A stretch of DNA of 64,000 bases from Tubiluchus corallicola (taxonomy: Eukaryota > Animalia > Priapulida), in NCBI GenBank assembly GCA_030141605.1, contig JAQGDQ010000565.1, positions 75,319-139,318 on the forward strand, written 5' to 3'. The translations under genes were made by a program, and so were the position numbers. Below, in pieces: positions 34,505 through 45,857 of the stretch (its first letter is position 1; each line of letters begins with the position of its first letter). A model generated the notes under the pieces. The model was not told where the DNA came from. It saw nothing but the letters and a program-made list of their open reading frames with translations, and searched no databases.

Positions 34505-35794
34505 TGTAATGGGGGGCGGATCTCACAATCAAGTATGAGCAATCAGCGCTCTTATTGTTTGGTAGCGTGTGTCATACTACTCAGTTTTTACTCAATATAT
34601 TTCTTGAACACAAAACGTGAAACTAATTTTATGCAGTTTTTATGATAAGATAAGCCTTTAATATTCATAAATGTTGATAATATAAAATTAGTTCAAACCA
34701 AATGACAGCAATTAATTTGTACCCGGGTACCCATTCAATAAACATGTATTGCTACACTACTCAAAGTTTACTGACCGGTAATACTTTCAGATGCTACAAA
34801 CAATACCCAAAAATTACCTTTGGCTAACAAAATAAAATAATCTAACAGTTCACCAACGCTTGTTAATAGTATGTCCATAAAGTAAAGCTCCATCCACATG
34901 AGGTTGTAATGTAAGCTATCAGCACTTTGAGCTGTGTCTTAGTTTTTACCAGCCACTGCCAGTCGAAGCAAATATAGTTGTACAAAAGGAAGCAACAGGC
35001 GGTGGCCTAGTAGTTAAACAAATGAAACGAGAGAATTTATCACTTACAGTCTCAGCATCAATGAAAGCATACGTCTGCAATACTTATCGGCGGTAGCACG
35101 ACGACGAAGGTGGCGGATCCACAACATCGGTGTGCACACCCGGGTGTTTAGAGCATAGCTGAACTGCGAAGTCATAAGCAGATGGGAGTCGTTCTCGGAA
35201 GCGTCCTGCGTTGGTAGAACGGTAGTTTGGTTTTTCACGTCAGATGTCACAACGTAACTCGATGTAAGCAAATGGAGAACTGGGCTTGATACTAGAACTG
35301 CCCACACAAATAGTCACTAGCACGTAGTTGGAACTTTCACTAAACATTAGCGTTTGGTAGAGCCAGCTAAAGTTGCACGATTTATATGCAAAGAAGCAAA
35401 ACATATGTTAAAAAAACTGTCCAGCATTATATCTGCCCACAAGTCACTCTTGCCAAGAGCCACGTCGTTCTCTACACATCTGTGTGAAAAGACCTCTAAA
35501 GCCGGTTGTCTAATAGTCTGGCTTCAATAACACTATAGCAGGATAACCCGTATTTGCATATCCGTTCGACGAGTTTACCCTAGATTTGACCTATGCGCAT
35601 AACTAAAGTGTAACACCTGGTTTATACATTGAACAGCTATAAGCAACAATTTTATACAGCCCAAACTAAATTACGTATACTACCGTAAAGTTTACATTGG
35701 CTAGAAAAACATATCTCGTTCTACAACGAAGTTAAGTTAGTAATAACTAAATCTAGTTACAAATACAAAGATATATGCTAAGCTGGTCGTTACA
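34505..35794 (-). repeat. 5' LTR (1290 bp)
   Basis: Near-identical to 28111-29395. Confidence 0.96.
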
Positions 35795-36146
35795 AGTGTC
35801 TTCTGTCCACTGTCCCATTGCCTGACACTGTATTGTATTGAGCACAGCTTTGCCTAAGACTTATTGTCTTCTGTCCACTGTCCCATTGCTTGACACTCTA
35901 TTGTATTGAGCACAGTTTTGCGTGAGACTTAGTGTCTTCTGTCCACTGTCCCAATTGCTTGACACTGTATTGTATTGAGCACAGTTTTGCCTAAGACTTA
36001 GTGTCTTCTGTCCACTGTCCCATTGCTTGACACTGTATTGTATTGAGCACAGCTTTGCCTAAGACTTATTGTCTTCTGTCCACTGTCCCATTGCTTGACA
36101 CTCTATTGTATTGAGCACAGTTTTGCGTGAGACTTAGTGTCTTCTG
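35795..36146. repeat. 68-bp satellite, right block (~5 units)
   Basis: Same unit, resuming in register after the LTR. Confidence 0.97.
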
Positions 36147-36590
36147 GGACTTATTAATAAAAGAAAGTTTATCTATGTACCCTAATAAGCCTTCTCTTAA
36201 TGTACAAACCAGTTCAATTCCTTTAACTTTATTTTCAAACACTTAGCTATTTGTTACTGTATTGATTTCTTTTCTTCAGGTCTGCTTATTTGGCTTTTGT
36301 AAATACATAATTAGTGCTTAAGTTACTGTATCAATTTCTTTACTGGTCTGTTTAATCACTACCTATTTGGCTTTCGTAAATACATAATTAGTGCTTAAGT
36401 TACTGTATCAATTTCTTTACTGGTCTGTTTAATCATTACCTATTTGGCTTTTGTAAATACATAATTAGTGCTTAAGTTACTGTATCAATTTCTTTACTGG
36501 TCTGTTTAATCATTAACTATCAGCAGCCTGTCTAAACGTTTGACATGGTTTAATAAACTTTTACTAAACTCGTGGTGTTTTTACTGTAAA
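36147..36590 (+). mobile_element. Penelope-like element 3' end with a ~76-bp triplication in its UTR
   Basis: DLLIKESLSMYPNKPSLNVQTSSIPLTLF matches the PLE GIY-YIG C-terminus (E..I....P.LN). The end cctgtctaaacgtttgacatg..aataaa resembles 41660-41730. Confidence 0.7.
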
Positions 36591-36872
36591 TTAAAGCGTC
36601 TTCGTAAAACTCACGCCATTTTCCACATTCGCATGTTTTTCTGGAATGGTTTTGATCCGCCAAGCAGCGCCACCAACGCCTGCAGTTGAAACTGTCTTGT
36701 TTATTACCGGAATACTGCTGCGCATTTTCTACAGTTCCGTTTCTTGAATAAATAATCACTGTGGTCAGCGGCAACCACAGTTTTCTTCGTGTAAAATCTC
36801 TCCTGCATTTGGTTCTTGTTGTTGTAGCAGAGTCTAAAGCTGGTAGGGTTGGCTTCTACGGACTTATCAGTC

Positions 36873-37792
36873 CGGGGGCGTATCCAAGACTTTACGACGC
36901 CCTAGGCTGATAGACAGGCTGCATAAGATTATGGATATCCATAAAATAAGACCAAAAATCCACAAAATAAAATTTGAAAAATCCATAAAATAAGAAATGC
37001 ATAAAACAAAAAATTTTTTTTGTGATTTTTTGTACAAAATAAGGCAATCAAAACTGAATACAGGCATTGGATCGGAAACTTCAGCCTAGAGGGCATTCTA
37101 CATTCGTACCAAATAGATGAATTATTTGAACTGAAGTGATGAATTACAGGGCATTGTCTCGTAAAATTTGATTAAATTTGAAGTGATATGAAACCGATAA
37201 AATTAAAACTAAGTCCTGCGTGTTTAAAAACACGTTTCAAGCATCCTGTTTTTACTTTTTAATTGATTTCCCCCTGGGCATCTCGTTCCAGATATAGTCT
37301 ATTTCTTATTTTATTGATATCTATAAAATAAAATTTCAAAAATCCATAAAATAAGCCATTTTATTTATTTTATACATATCCATAATCTTATGCACCCTGC
37401 TGATAGATCTCTCCCGCCCATCTATATTGTGAATTTATGGTTGCTTATGTAATAAGCAGATTAAATAATTGCTTGTGGTGTGTTAGAAATACTATCAACC
37501 TAGTTTCTACGTGGTCATTATTAATTACATGTATTTGCATAGTGCTTATATTCAAGCACGCTGCGCAACTACTTGCTGTGTAATACCTTGCACCTGTTCG
37601 TTATGTGGCAATTATATAAAAGCTGATGTCAGTAAACTTCTTGTGGTGTGTTATAAAATGCGCTCTCTACACGAATGTGAAAGTATATGCACATTTTCCG
37701 AGGAGAATAAGAATTTTTTGTAAACTGTGACGCCCTCAAAGTTCGCAGCCCTGGGCTACGGCTTAGCTAGCTTATTAGTTAATACGCCCCTG
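36873..37792 (+). mobile_element. Non-autonomous DNA transposon with C.GGGGCGTAT...ATACGCCCCTG termini, hosting a nested MITE
   Basis: TIRs; the same 5' head recurs at ~42256-42295; no TSD recognisable. Confidence 0.6.
36915..37399. mobile_element. hAT MITE (485 bp) with perfect 8-bp TSD
   Basis: TIR CAGGCTGCATAAGATTATGGATAT / ATATCCATAATCTTATGCACCCTG; CTGATAGA at 36907-36914 and 37400-37407. Confidence 0.93.
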
Positions 37793-38063
37793 TGCGTCAC
37801 CAAGAATTTACAGTGAATCAACGACTCTGACATACCGCGCGTGCGTGTGCAGGGCGAGAATGTTGAGAAACATGACGTTTGGCCAGATATCAACGCGTGG
37901 GGTGAGATCTGAAATCATATCAACAAGTCGCGCGATACGCCAAGCATATTTGCTTTCTTTTCGCGCCCGTTCCCGCAGCAATCTTGACATCAACAATCTC
38001 AGTAGATTTGTGAATTCGATTCGGGTTGATTTCTTGCACATTCGCTCAGTAAGTCCCTTTGTC

Positions 38064-38363
38064 TAATGATGATGATGATGATGATGATGATGACGATGGT
38101 GATGGTGATGATGGTGATGGTGATGGTGATGATGATGGTGATGGTGATGGTGATAATGATAATGATATTGATAATGATAATGAAAATGGTAATAATAATA
38201 GGATCCCTTATAGCCAACCAGGTGATGGTGATGGCGATGGTGATGATGATGGTGATGGTGATAATGATAATGATATTGATAATGAAAATGGCAATAATAA
38301 TAGGATCCCTTATAGCCAACCAGGTGATAATAATGATGATGATGATGATGGTGATGGTGATGG

Positions 38364-38431
<68 letters not shown>

Positions 38432-38475
38432 AATGATAATAGGATCCCTTATAGCCAACCAGGTGATGGTGATGG

Positions 38476-38536
<61 letters not shown>

Positions 38537-38604
38537 ATTGATAATGATAATGATAATGATAATGATAATGGTAATAATAATAGGATCCCTTATAGCCAAC
38601 CAGG
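38064..38604 (-). repeat. Compound (GAT)n microsatellite punctuated 4 times by an invariant ~25-bp block
   Basis: ataggatcccttatagccaaccagg at ~38199, 38300, 38439 and 38580. Confidence 0.9.
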
Positions 38605-38619
38605 AAGTTTAAAAAAGTA

Positions 38620-39444
38620 CAATTAGTCCGGCTTAACGATTCGCCGTTTAGCGATATTTCGTTTGAACGATGCGGAACATTTGACACCTTCTTTTCACTT
38701 AACGAGGCACGTTTTATTTTAATAATCTTTTTTTTAATTTGCTGAAAGCCAATTTTCATTTTATCAACAACTTTTTTACTTAACATGAAGCATTAAAATG
38801 GCACATATTGCATCATTCTGTTTTAAAAGTGCAACAGTAACATAAACACTGCAATTATTACACGTTTTTCCTTCTGGACTGACTACTATACTGGCTACAA
38901 TTTCTGTCAAGCGAGATCTGTGAACAAACTTTGTGCGAAGAAATTCTACCTGCAACCTGTTGCTATAGCAACCAGACTACGTAGTAAATGATACAGTACT
39001 CTTGTATGATAAAATTTTCAATGTCGCCACATGCAGCACTTGGCTTTGACTCTGCAGTGCTTATTGTTTAATGGCTGCCCTAGGCTTAAACCTTAATGAA
39101 AGAGAAACCACTAGATAGGTAGGTACGTAGTGGTACGAAAGGTGGGCGATTTCAAGCAAGGAGAAAGAAATTAACTAGAAGAAACCATAAACAAACTCAT
39201 CAAACATTTAATTTATACGATTTAAGCAGCATTGATTTTTGCCTTTGGACCGTATCTCAATTCTTTTACATTACTTTCTATGGAAGTTTTGGTTTTGTTT
39301 AACGACGTTTTGCCTAACATCGCATTTTGCTGGAACACATTAGCGTCGTTAAGCGAGGACTTACTGTAGTTTGGTTTGTTTAACGACGTTTCACTTAACA
39401 TCGTGTTTTGCTGGAACATAGCGCCGTTAAGCGAGGACTTACTG
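38620..39444. mobile_element. Tc1/mariner (pogo/Tigger-like) MITE with duplicated right end
   Basis: TA|CAATTAGTCCGGCTTAACG left end; CGTTAAGCGAGGACTTACTG|TA right end present twice (39366 and 39444). Confidence 0.6.
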
Positions 39445-39957
39445 TAGTTTGGTTTCAAAATTCAACTGGTTAGGTGCCACCATCATAGATTATAAGTTAC
39501 TAACCAGAAAAATAAAAAGATTAAAAAGACCACCAAAATTCGGAAAACTAACGGCTGGATTTCATACGTCACGGTTCAACAGCCAGGAAAAAGTTGATCA
39601 TTAAAAATGATTCACACACAAAATGGCCGCCACAAGCCATCTGTTGCGATTTGACACTAGATTTTTATTTACAAGTCTGAGTCTATATTTAGTTTATGTC
39701 CCTCCTGGCTATATGAAGCCTCTTGAAACCCCATAAATCCCGTTTGACTGGGAGGTTGGTAACTAGGAGGAAGAAACTTGCAAATGCGCTGAACTATTGC
39801 CGCGAACCAGCACTTATTAAACAACAAAGAAGCCTATCGTCTGTAGACCCCATTTTCAATGAAAAATCTCTACTGTTCGTTTAATTTAGTTTAGTTTATT
39901 CCATTTGCCATGAGAAAATCATACATAAATATACGTATTTGGTGAAAATACAAAATA

Positions 39958-40182
39958 GCAAATTAAAGGAAAACAAACAAAGAAAACAAATTAAAGGAAA
40001 ACAAATTAAAGGAAAACAAACAAAGAAAACAAATTAAAGGAAAACAAATTAAAGGAAAACAAATTAAAGGAAAACAAACAAAGAAAACAAATTAAAGGAA
40101 AACAAATTAAAGGAAAACAAATCAAAGGAAAACAAATCAAAGGAAAACAAATTAAACGAAAACAAATTAAACGAAAACAAAC
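39958..40182. repeat. A-rich minisatellite (aaattaaaggaaaac)n
   Basis: Directly visible. Confidence 0.9.
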
Positions 40183-41199
40183 GTGTAAATAATAAAGTTG
40201 ATCAATGGATTATTGGGGTTGTCCAAAAAAACTTACAAAGGTCAGGCCCAATATGGCAAATAGAAAGAATGTGTAGGTGTAAAAGTAAAATGAGGTTAAG
40301 GGGGGAAAGGAGAATTAAAAGTGAAAGGATGTGAAAAATGTAATAAAAAAGTGAAAGAAGAAAAAAACTAAAAATAAAAAATTAGATTCACATGAACTAA
40401 GAATGTAATAAATGTAAATAAATCAGCAAGGCAACCGCAACTGCGAATGGTGAGAGGAGTCAGATTATGTCCACCCACCTACAAAGTTTCTTTTACTTCT
40501 TCTTGTTATGGAGTATAGTCCATTCTTGTTCTTCTTTGAGTGCGATTTGAAACATTGGATTAGAGGGCAACACATCAACGTAAAACGATTGTGAACAGCT
40601 CAGTCACATATGTAGGCTTAAATTAGCCAGCCCCACGACGATAAATTCTTTATTAGAAAGGGAAGAGTAAAAGAGGACCTGTAAAACTATGTTAAAAGCG
40701 TTAGATTATGATAGATAATTATGCTGATGAATTCTGGCATGAAGCCCAGTTAAGGTGTGCTGTTGTCGAGTTTCGATTAATTCTAAATTCATCTGAATCA
40801 TTGCAATCAGTCTGGTTTAACGTTTGTAAACTAATTTCTACAATGATCTCTGCATTTTTAATACCTTTCATAATAAAGAGTTTGAGGCCTTCTTTATATT
40901 TATAAATACAATGTTCTGATTTTATATAATTAGGTAGATAGTTCTGAATTAACATGGTCCAGAAAATGAAATGAAATGTTTAGCAACATTCGTACGGAAT
41001 ATGGAAGAAAGTATTGATTATATATATATATATATATATAATGGGGCTACAATGTGAAGACCTACATTATTAACATTTTGATGCCGAAAACTTAGTAGCA
41101 TGTTCACACCGAAAACGGTTGTTTACGCGTTAATTGAACCATTACTGCGTGGATGAAACGCAGTAATGGTTCAATTACCGTGTCAGATTCTACATGGTT

Positions 41200-41545
41200 T
41201 GGCACCTGCATACCTTACTGATCTCTTAACAAATCCCGGACACTTCGTTCTAATGCTAATGAACTAATTCATTTACATCAGCCAGTTCCAAATACAGTAT
41301 TCTAAGGTGAAAAAGCTTTTTCTGTCTAAGCTCCGCATCTCTGGAATAACTTGCCTGTTGCTACACGTTCTACAAATTCATTAGATTGTTTTAGACAACA
41401 TTTTAAAACACGTTTATTTAAATTATACTTTTCACGATGAATTATTTTAACGTCTTTCAAATTTTATGTTTTTTATGAATCTTAAATGCATTCTATTGTT
41501 CATCGTGGTGAAATTGTAAATTGTGTAGTTCGCTATAGGAATAAA
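41200..41545 (+). mobile_element. L2-like LINE 3' end
   Basis: GEKAFSV*APHLWNNLPVATRSTNSLDCFRQHFKTRLF is the typical L2 ORF2 terminus; AATAAA at ~41540. Confidence 0.75.
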
Positions 41546-41639
41546 TTTTACATTACGTAAAGGTTACGTTTGCTTGGCTTCTGTTAACACTTAAAAGGTG
41601 CAATGCCTATATAAACTGGTTGGATATTTGCAAAAAATT

Positions 41640-41735
41640 ACCACTGATGGTGACAGCAGTGACCTGTCGAAACGTTTGACATGATTTTTAACTATGTAAA
41701 TTAAAAGTTTTAATAAAGTTGTGGTAGTTTAGTTA
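41640..41735 (+). mobile_element. Penelope-like terminal repeat with a degenerate minimal hammerhead motif
   Basis: CTGATGG-T-GACAG-loop-CTGTC-GAAA-CGTTT followed by AATAAA. Confidence 0.55.
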
Positions 41736-41817
41736 ACCTATAATTTAGGTCAGTGCAAAGCAAAAGATTAAAACTCATAATTATGATAATTTGGTGTAAA
41801 AAAATATTAACTTACCG

Positions 41818-41820
<3 letters not shown>

Positions 41821-41890
<70 letters not shown>

Positions 41891-41921
41891 GCTCTCTCTC
41901 TCTCTCTCTCTCTCTCTTTCA

Positions 41922-42015
<94 letters not shown>

Positions 42016-42020
42016 CCCCC

Positions 42021-42052
<32 letters not shown>
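41821..42052. repeat. (CT)n microsatellite
   Basis: Directly visible. Confidence 0.97.
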
Positions 42053-42053
<1 letters not shown>

Positions 42054-42918
42054 GTAAAAAACATTAACTTACCGAGATTCGTTCGTCCCGACGGAAAATC
42101 AAACCACACGAGTCTATTAGAAGTCTACTAGCACAAACATCTCGTGAACCCACACTGAGCCGTAACACAACACGTATGGCTTATACCATTACATCTTGAG
42201 GGGGAGGTGAAGCACTCAGTGTACGTGGAGGTTAAGAACCTTTTCCATGTGCAGTCAGGGGCGCATCGAGACTTTACGACGCTCTAAGGCGATAGGCCAG
42301 TTAAGTTACTAACTGACGACGACGATGATGATGAAGATGACGACGACGATGACGATGATGATGATAACGACGACGATGACGATAATGATGAAAAATCTTT
42401 TATTGAAAATCAATATATATTTACAGAGGTGCCTCTGTAGTTTAGTAGTTTAACTTTGATTAGTTACTGTTAGCTGAGTTAAATAACATGATTACATTTT
42501 AACAAAATTCTATCATCTTTATCAGTTGTTTAACAAAATAAATAAATAACATCGCCTGTCATTCGCTTCCCTTCTGCAGCTGATTAAACTCTAATGAATT
42601 TTAAACATTTTCATAATGCGAAATTGTGTTTCGAGACAGAAGGATGCCAACAATCAACAACAATATTCACTTACAGTTTAAGATTGGGACCGGTTTTGCA
42701 TAAATAGAGAAAGATTTTAAATAATTAGCTGATGTGAATGCATGTAGCAGTTGCCAGCTCGTTTGTGCCAACAAGGATTTTTGGGCTAAATGCAGCTTGC
42801 TAACAAGGAGTTTCCCTCCGGGTCTGACCTTGTTCTATTACTTGTAAAATAAAGTTCGTTAACCAGTAAGTATTACTACTGCTTAGAAGTTTTGTATCTT
42901 TTGTCTGCTGTGTCACAA

Positions 42919-43767
42919 ATGGGGAAGAATGCATTATTTCTCAAGCTGCTGCTTTTACAGCTATTGGTGTTATTAATACTAGTGAAATTATTGCAATTGC
43001 ATCTCGACATTAGCACCAATCTTTATGTGAAACCGCGGATGTGGAAAGGGACAGATTGCGTAGAGGTGGTTCATGACAATGTGGTCGACACAAAGTTTTA
43101 CCACAACGTGCTTAACATGACGTTCAATTTTCGAAAATTTCAAACCTATTCAGCAGGTACGAAGCAATTTTCGTGGAACGAATCAGTGACTCTTGCCACG
43201 CATGTCAGCTGGCATTATCTACATCATCTACAAGACTTAGTGAAGAGACACAATGGGCCAATATCAATAGCAGTGTATGCACCCACAGACAGCTATGATT
43301 TTATCATAGATTATCTGCATTTGATGCAAAACTGCAACCCAAAAGTTGCGGAAGTTGTCACGATGTCTCTGTTTTTTCCCTCCAGTGCCCCTCCCTGCAG
43401 TGTTGCCAACAGAAATGTGAGAAAATTGACATGTTCTCATCTGTCCGCGCCACCTACTGGAGGACCTGACATGGAACGGTATGGTTTTTACCCTGTTAAC
43501 GTGGGCAGAAACGCGGCTCGTCTTGCTGCTAAGACTAAGTTTGTTTTATCCATTGACGTGGAGCAAAAACCTTCGAGAAATCTGATGGAAATGTTCATCA
43601 AAATGATGCACAATCGGCCGAAAGAAACAGAAGCGCCACCACGTGAGCAGAAGAAAGCGGTTTACGTAGTTCCCCACTTTGAAGTTGACGAGTCAGTGCC
43701 GTTACCAGACGACAGATTAGAATTACTTGTCCTCTTAAAAAACGAGACAGCCGTTTCATTTCACAAG
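42919..43767 (+). CDS. B4GAT1: Beta-1,4-glucuronyltransferase 1-like (GT49), exon 1 with type II signal anchor
   Basis: Hydrophobic N-terminus; VTLATH, GPISIAVYAP, YPVNVGRNAAR, LSIDVE and VYVVPHFEV motifs; phase-0 AAG|gtaaga donor. Confidence 0.85.
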
Positions 43768-43955
43768 GTAAGATATTTTTACATCCAACTCCTTACCTAA
43801 CGTCAACAACAATAGGAAGTGCCGCTACGACCGTGATCACGATCAATACACTGATGACAACAATCAAAGTGGTTACAGCAGACAACAACACACGACGACG
43901 ATCATAACAGTAGCTGCAAGTTTTACGCAAATTTATTAAAGTCATTTTGTTTCAG

Positions 43956-44085
43956 TTTATTTGTTCAGAATGTCATCGAATTCCATATTTTGACTTGTGG
44001 ACCAAGCAAAACGTTTCTACTGATAAAATGAATGAGTATTTCGTAAGCAAATGGATGCCGCCTTTATGGGAACCATTTTACATAG
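43956..44085 (+). CDS. B4GAT1: B4GAT1-like, exon 2
   Basis: tttcag acceptor; FICSECHRIP...W...WEPFYI; phase-1 G|gtatgt donor. Confidence 0.85.
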
Positions 44086-44092
44086 GTATGTA

Positions 44093-44419
<327 letters not shown>

Positions 44420-44464
44420 GCATTACGAAAGGCTTATTGAAACAACTGCATTAAACTTACTTTT

Positions 44465-44906
44465 AAATAGAGGAACTAAATCATTTCGGTATAGAATAGG
44501 TGAACAAAATACAGATTGCTGTTATTGTAATAATGCAACTCCTCAAACACCAGAACACATTATATTTGACTGTGATTTGGTAGACCACCAATTTCGAATA
44601 AATATAAGACAAGTTCTGCCCTCAGCCAACATAAGCGAGATTTATCTAAAAAGAGACAAAGATGTGTGCCAGGCATATGTAAATATTGTTAGAGATGTTG
44701 TGCAGAAAAAATTGTTATAAATTAATTCAAATTATATTTACAGAAAAACATGTACTGAGTTAAAATGAAATCGTTATATATAGTGTACTGCTATCGAAAA
44801 TCGAAAACTATAGTGTATGTGTGTGTGTGTGTGTGTGTGTGCGTGTGTGCGTGCGTGCGTGTGTGTGTGTGTGTGTGTGTGCGTGTGTGTGTGCGTGCGT
44901 GCGTGC

Positions 44907-45002
<96 letters not shown>

Positions 45003-45237
45003 ATGTATATATTTTAAAGCTATTCTTAATAGGTGTTATGAAAGTTAAAATTGTGGTTTTGATGTATATATGTAAAAGTTAGCAAACTGAAACACTACTA
45101 CTAGAGTATGTATGTACAAAATTGCCATTATGTATAATATTGTTATCATAAATAGCTTTATTTTGTAAACGAGCCCTTGCAAATAGAGGGGAAACAATGT
45201 ATTTGTTGTTTAATAAAATGACTTAATAATAATAAAA
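44465..45237 (+). mobile_element. LINE 3' end with CCHC zinc knuckle, interrupted by (GT)n at 44813-45000
   Basis: DCCYCNNATPQTPEHIIFDC; AT-rich UTR ending AATAAA...(TAA)n. Confidence 0.6.
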
Positions 45238-45289
45238 TCTCTCTCTCTCACACACACACACTCTCTTCCTCTCGCTCTGCCGCTCTCTC

Positions 45290-45350
<61 letters not shown>

Positions 45351-45519
45351 GGTGTAATAGTAGGAATAGGTCAGAGCGGTGTGTGTACTGATTCGTACTA
45401 TACACCGCAATGACCTAACACAGATGGTTGCGCCATCTATTAGACACTAATGAAACTGAAACTGACAGTGACGCTACAATTCTGCACACTAACTCCTCTG
45501 ACATCTTCGTACTTTTCAG

Positions 45520-45857
45520 GTGAGAACAGTGAGCCGCTGCATGACGAACGGTTTTTGGGTTATGGCAAAGATAGAGAACAACACGTTTTGGAAATGTGCT
45601 TCCAAGATTATCATTTTCATATTCTAGACAACTCGTTTCTCGTTCATCATGGAATCCGTCGAAATCGAACCTTGTTGTTTCAAGAACACATCCAAACAGG
45701 AACTTTTAATGGGATATTGTATGACGTTTTTTTCAAAAAAGAGCTAAATGATCGTTACAACCTCAGTGAGACCAAAAGAGAACGATGTACTAGTCGCCAA
45801 GAAATGCCCATAGAAGGATACTTTGCCCCCAAATATCAAAATTTGAAAATACATTAA
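45520..45857 (+). CDS. B4GAT1: B4GAT1-like, terminal exon
   Basis: ttttcag acceptor; PLHDERFLGYGKDR...HFHILDNSFLVH; the three exons total 1317 nt (438 aa). Confidence 0.88.

Larger units (their letters stand above)
28111..35794 (-). mobile_element. Full-length Ty3/Gypsy LTR retrotransposon, Gmr1-like (gag-PR-INT-RT-RH)
   Basis: Two ~1.29-kb TGTAA...TTACA LTRs, tRNA-Leu PBS, PPT and gag-pol ORF; interrupts the 68-bp satellite in register. Confidence 0.96.
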
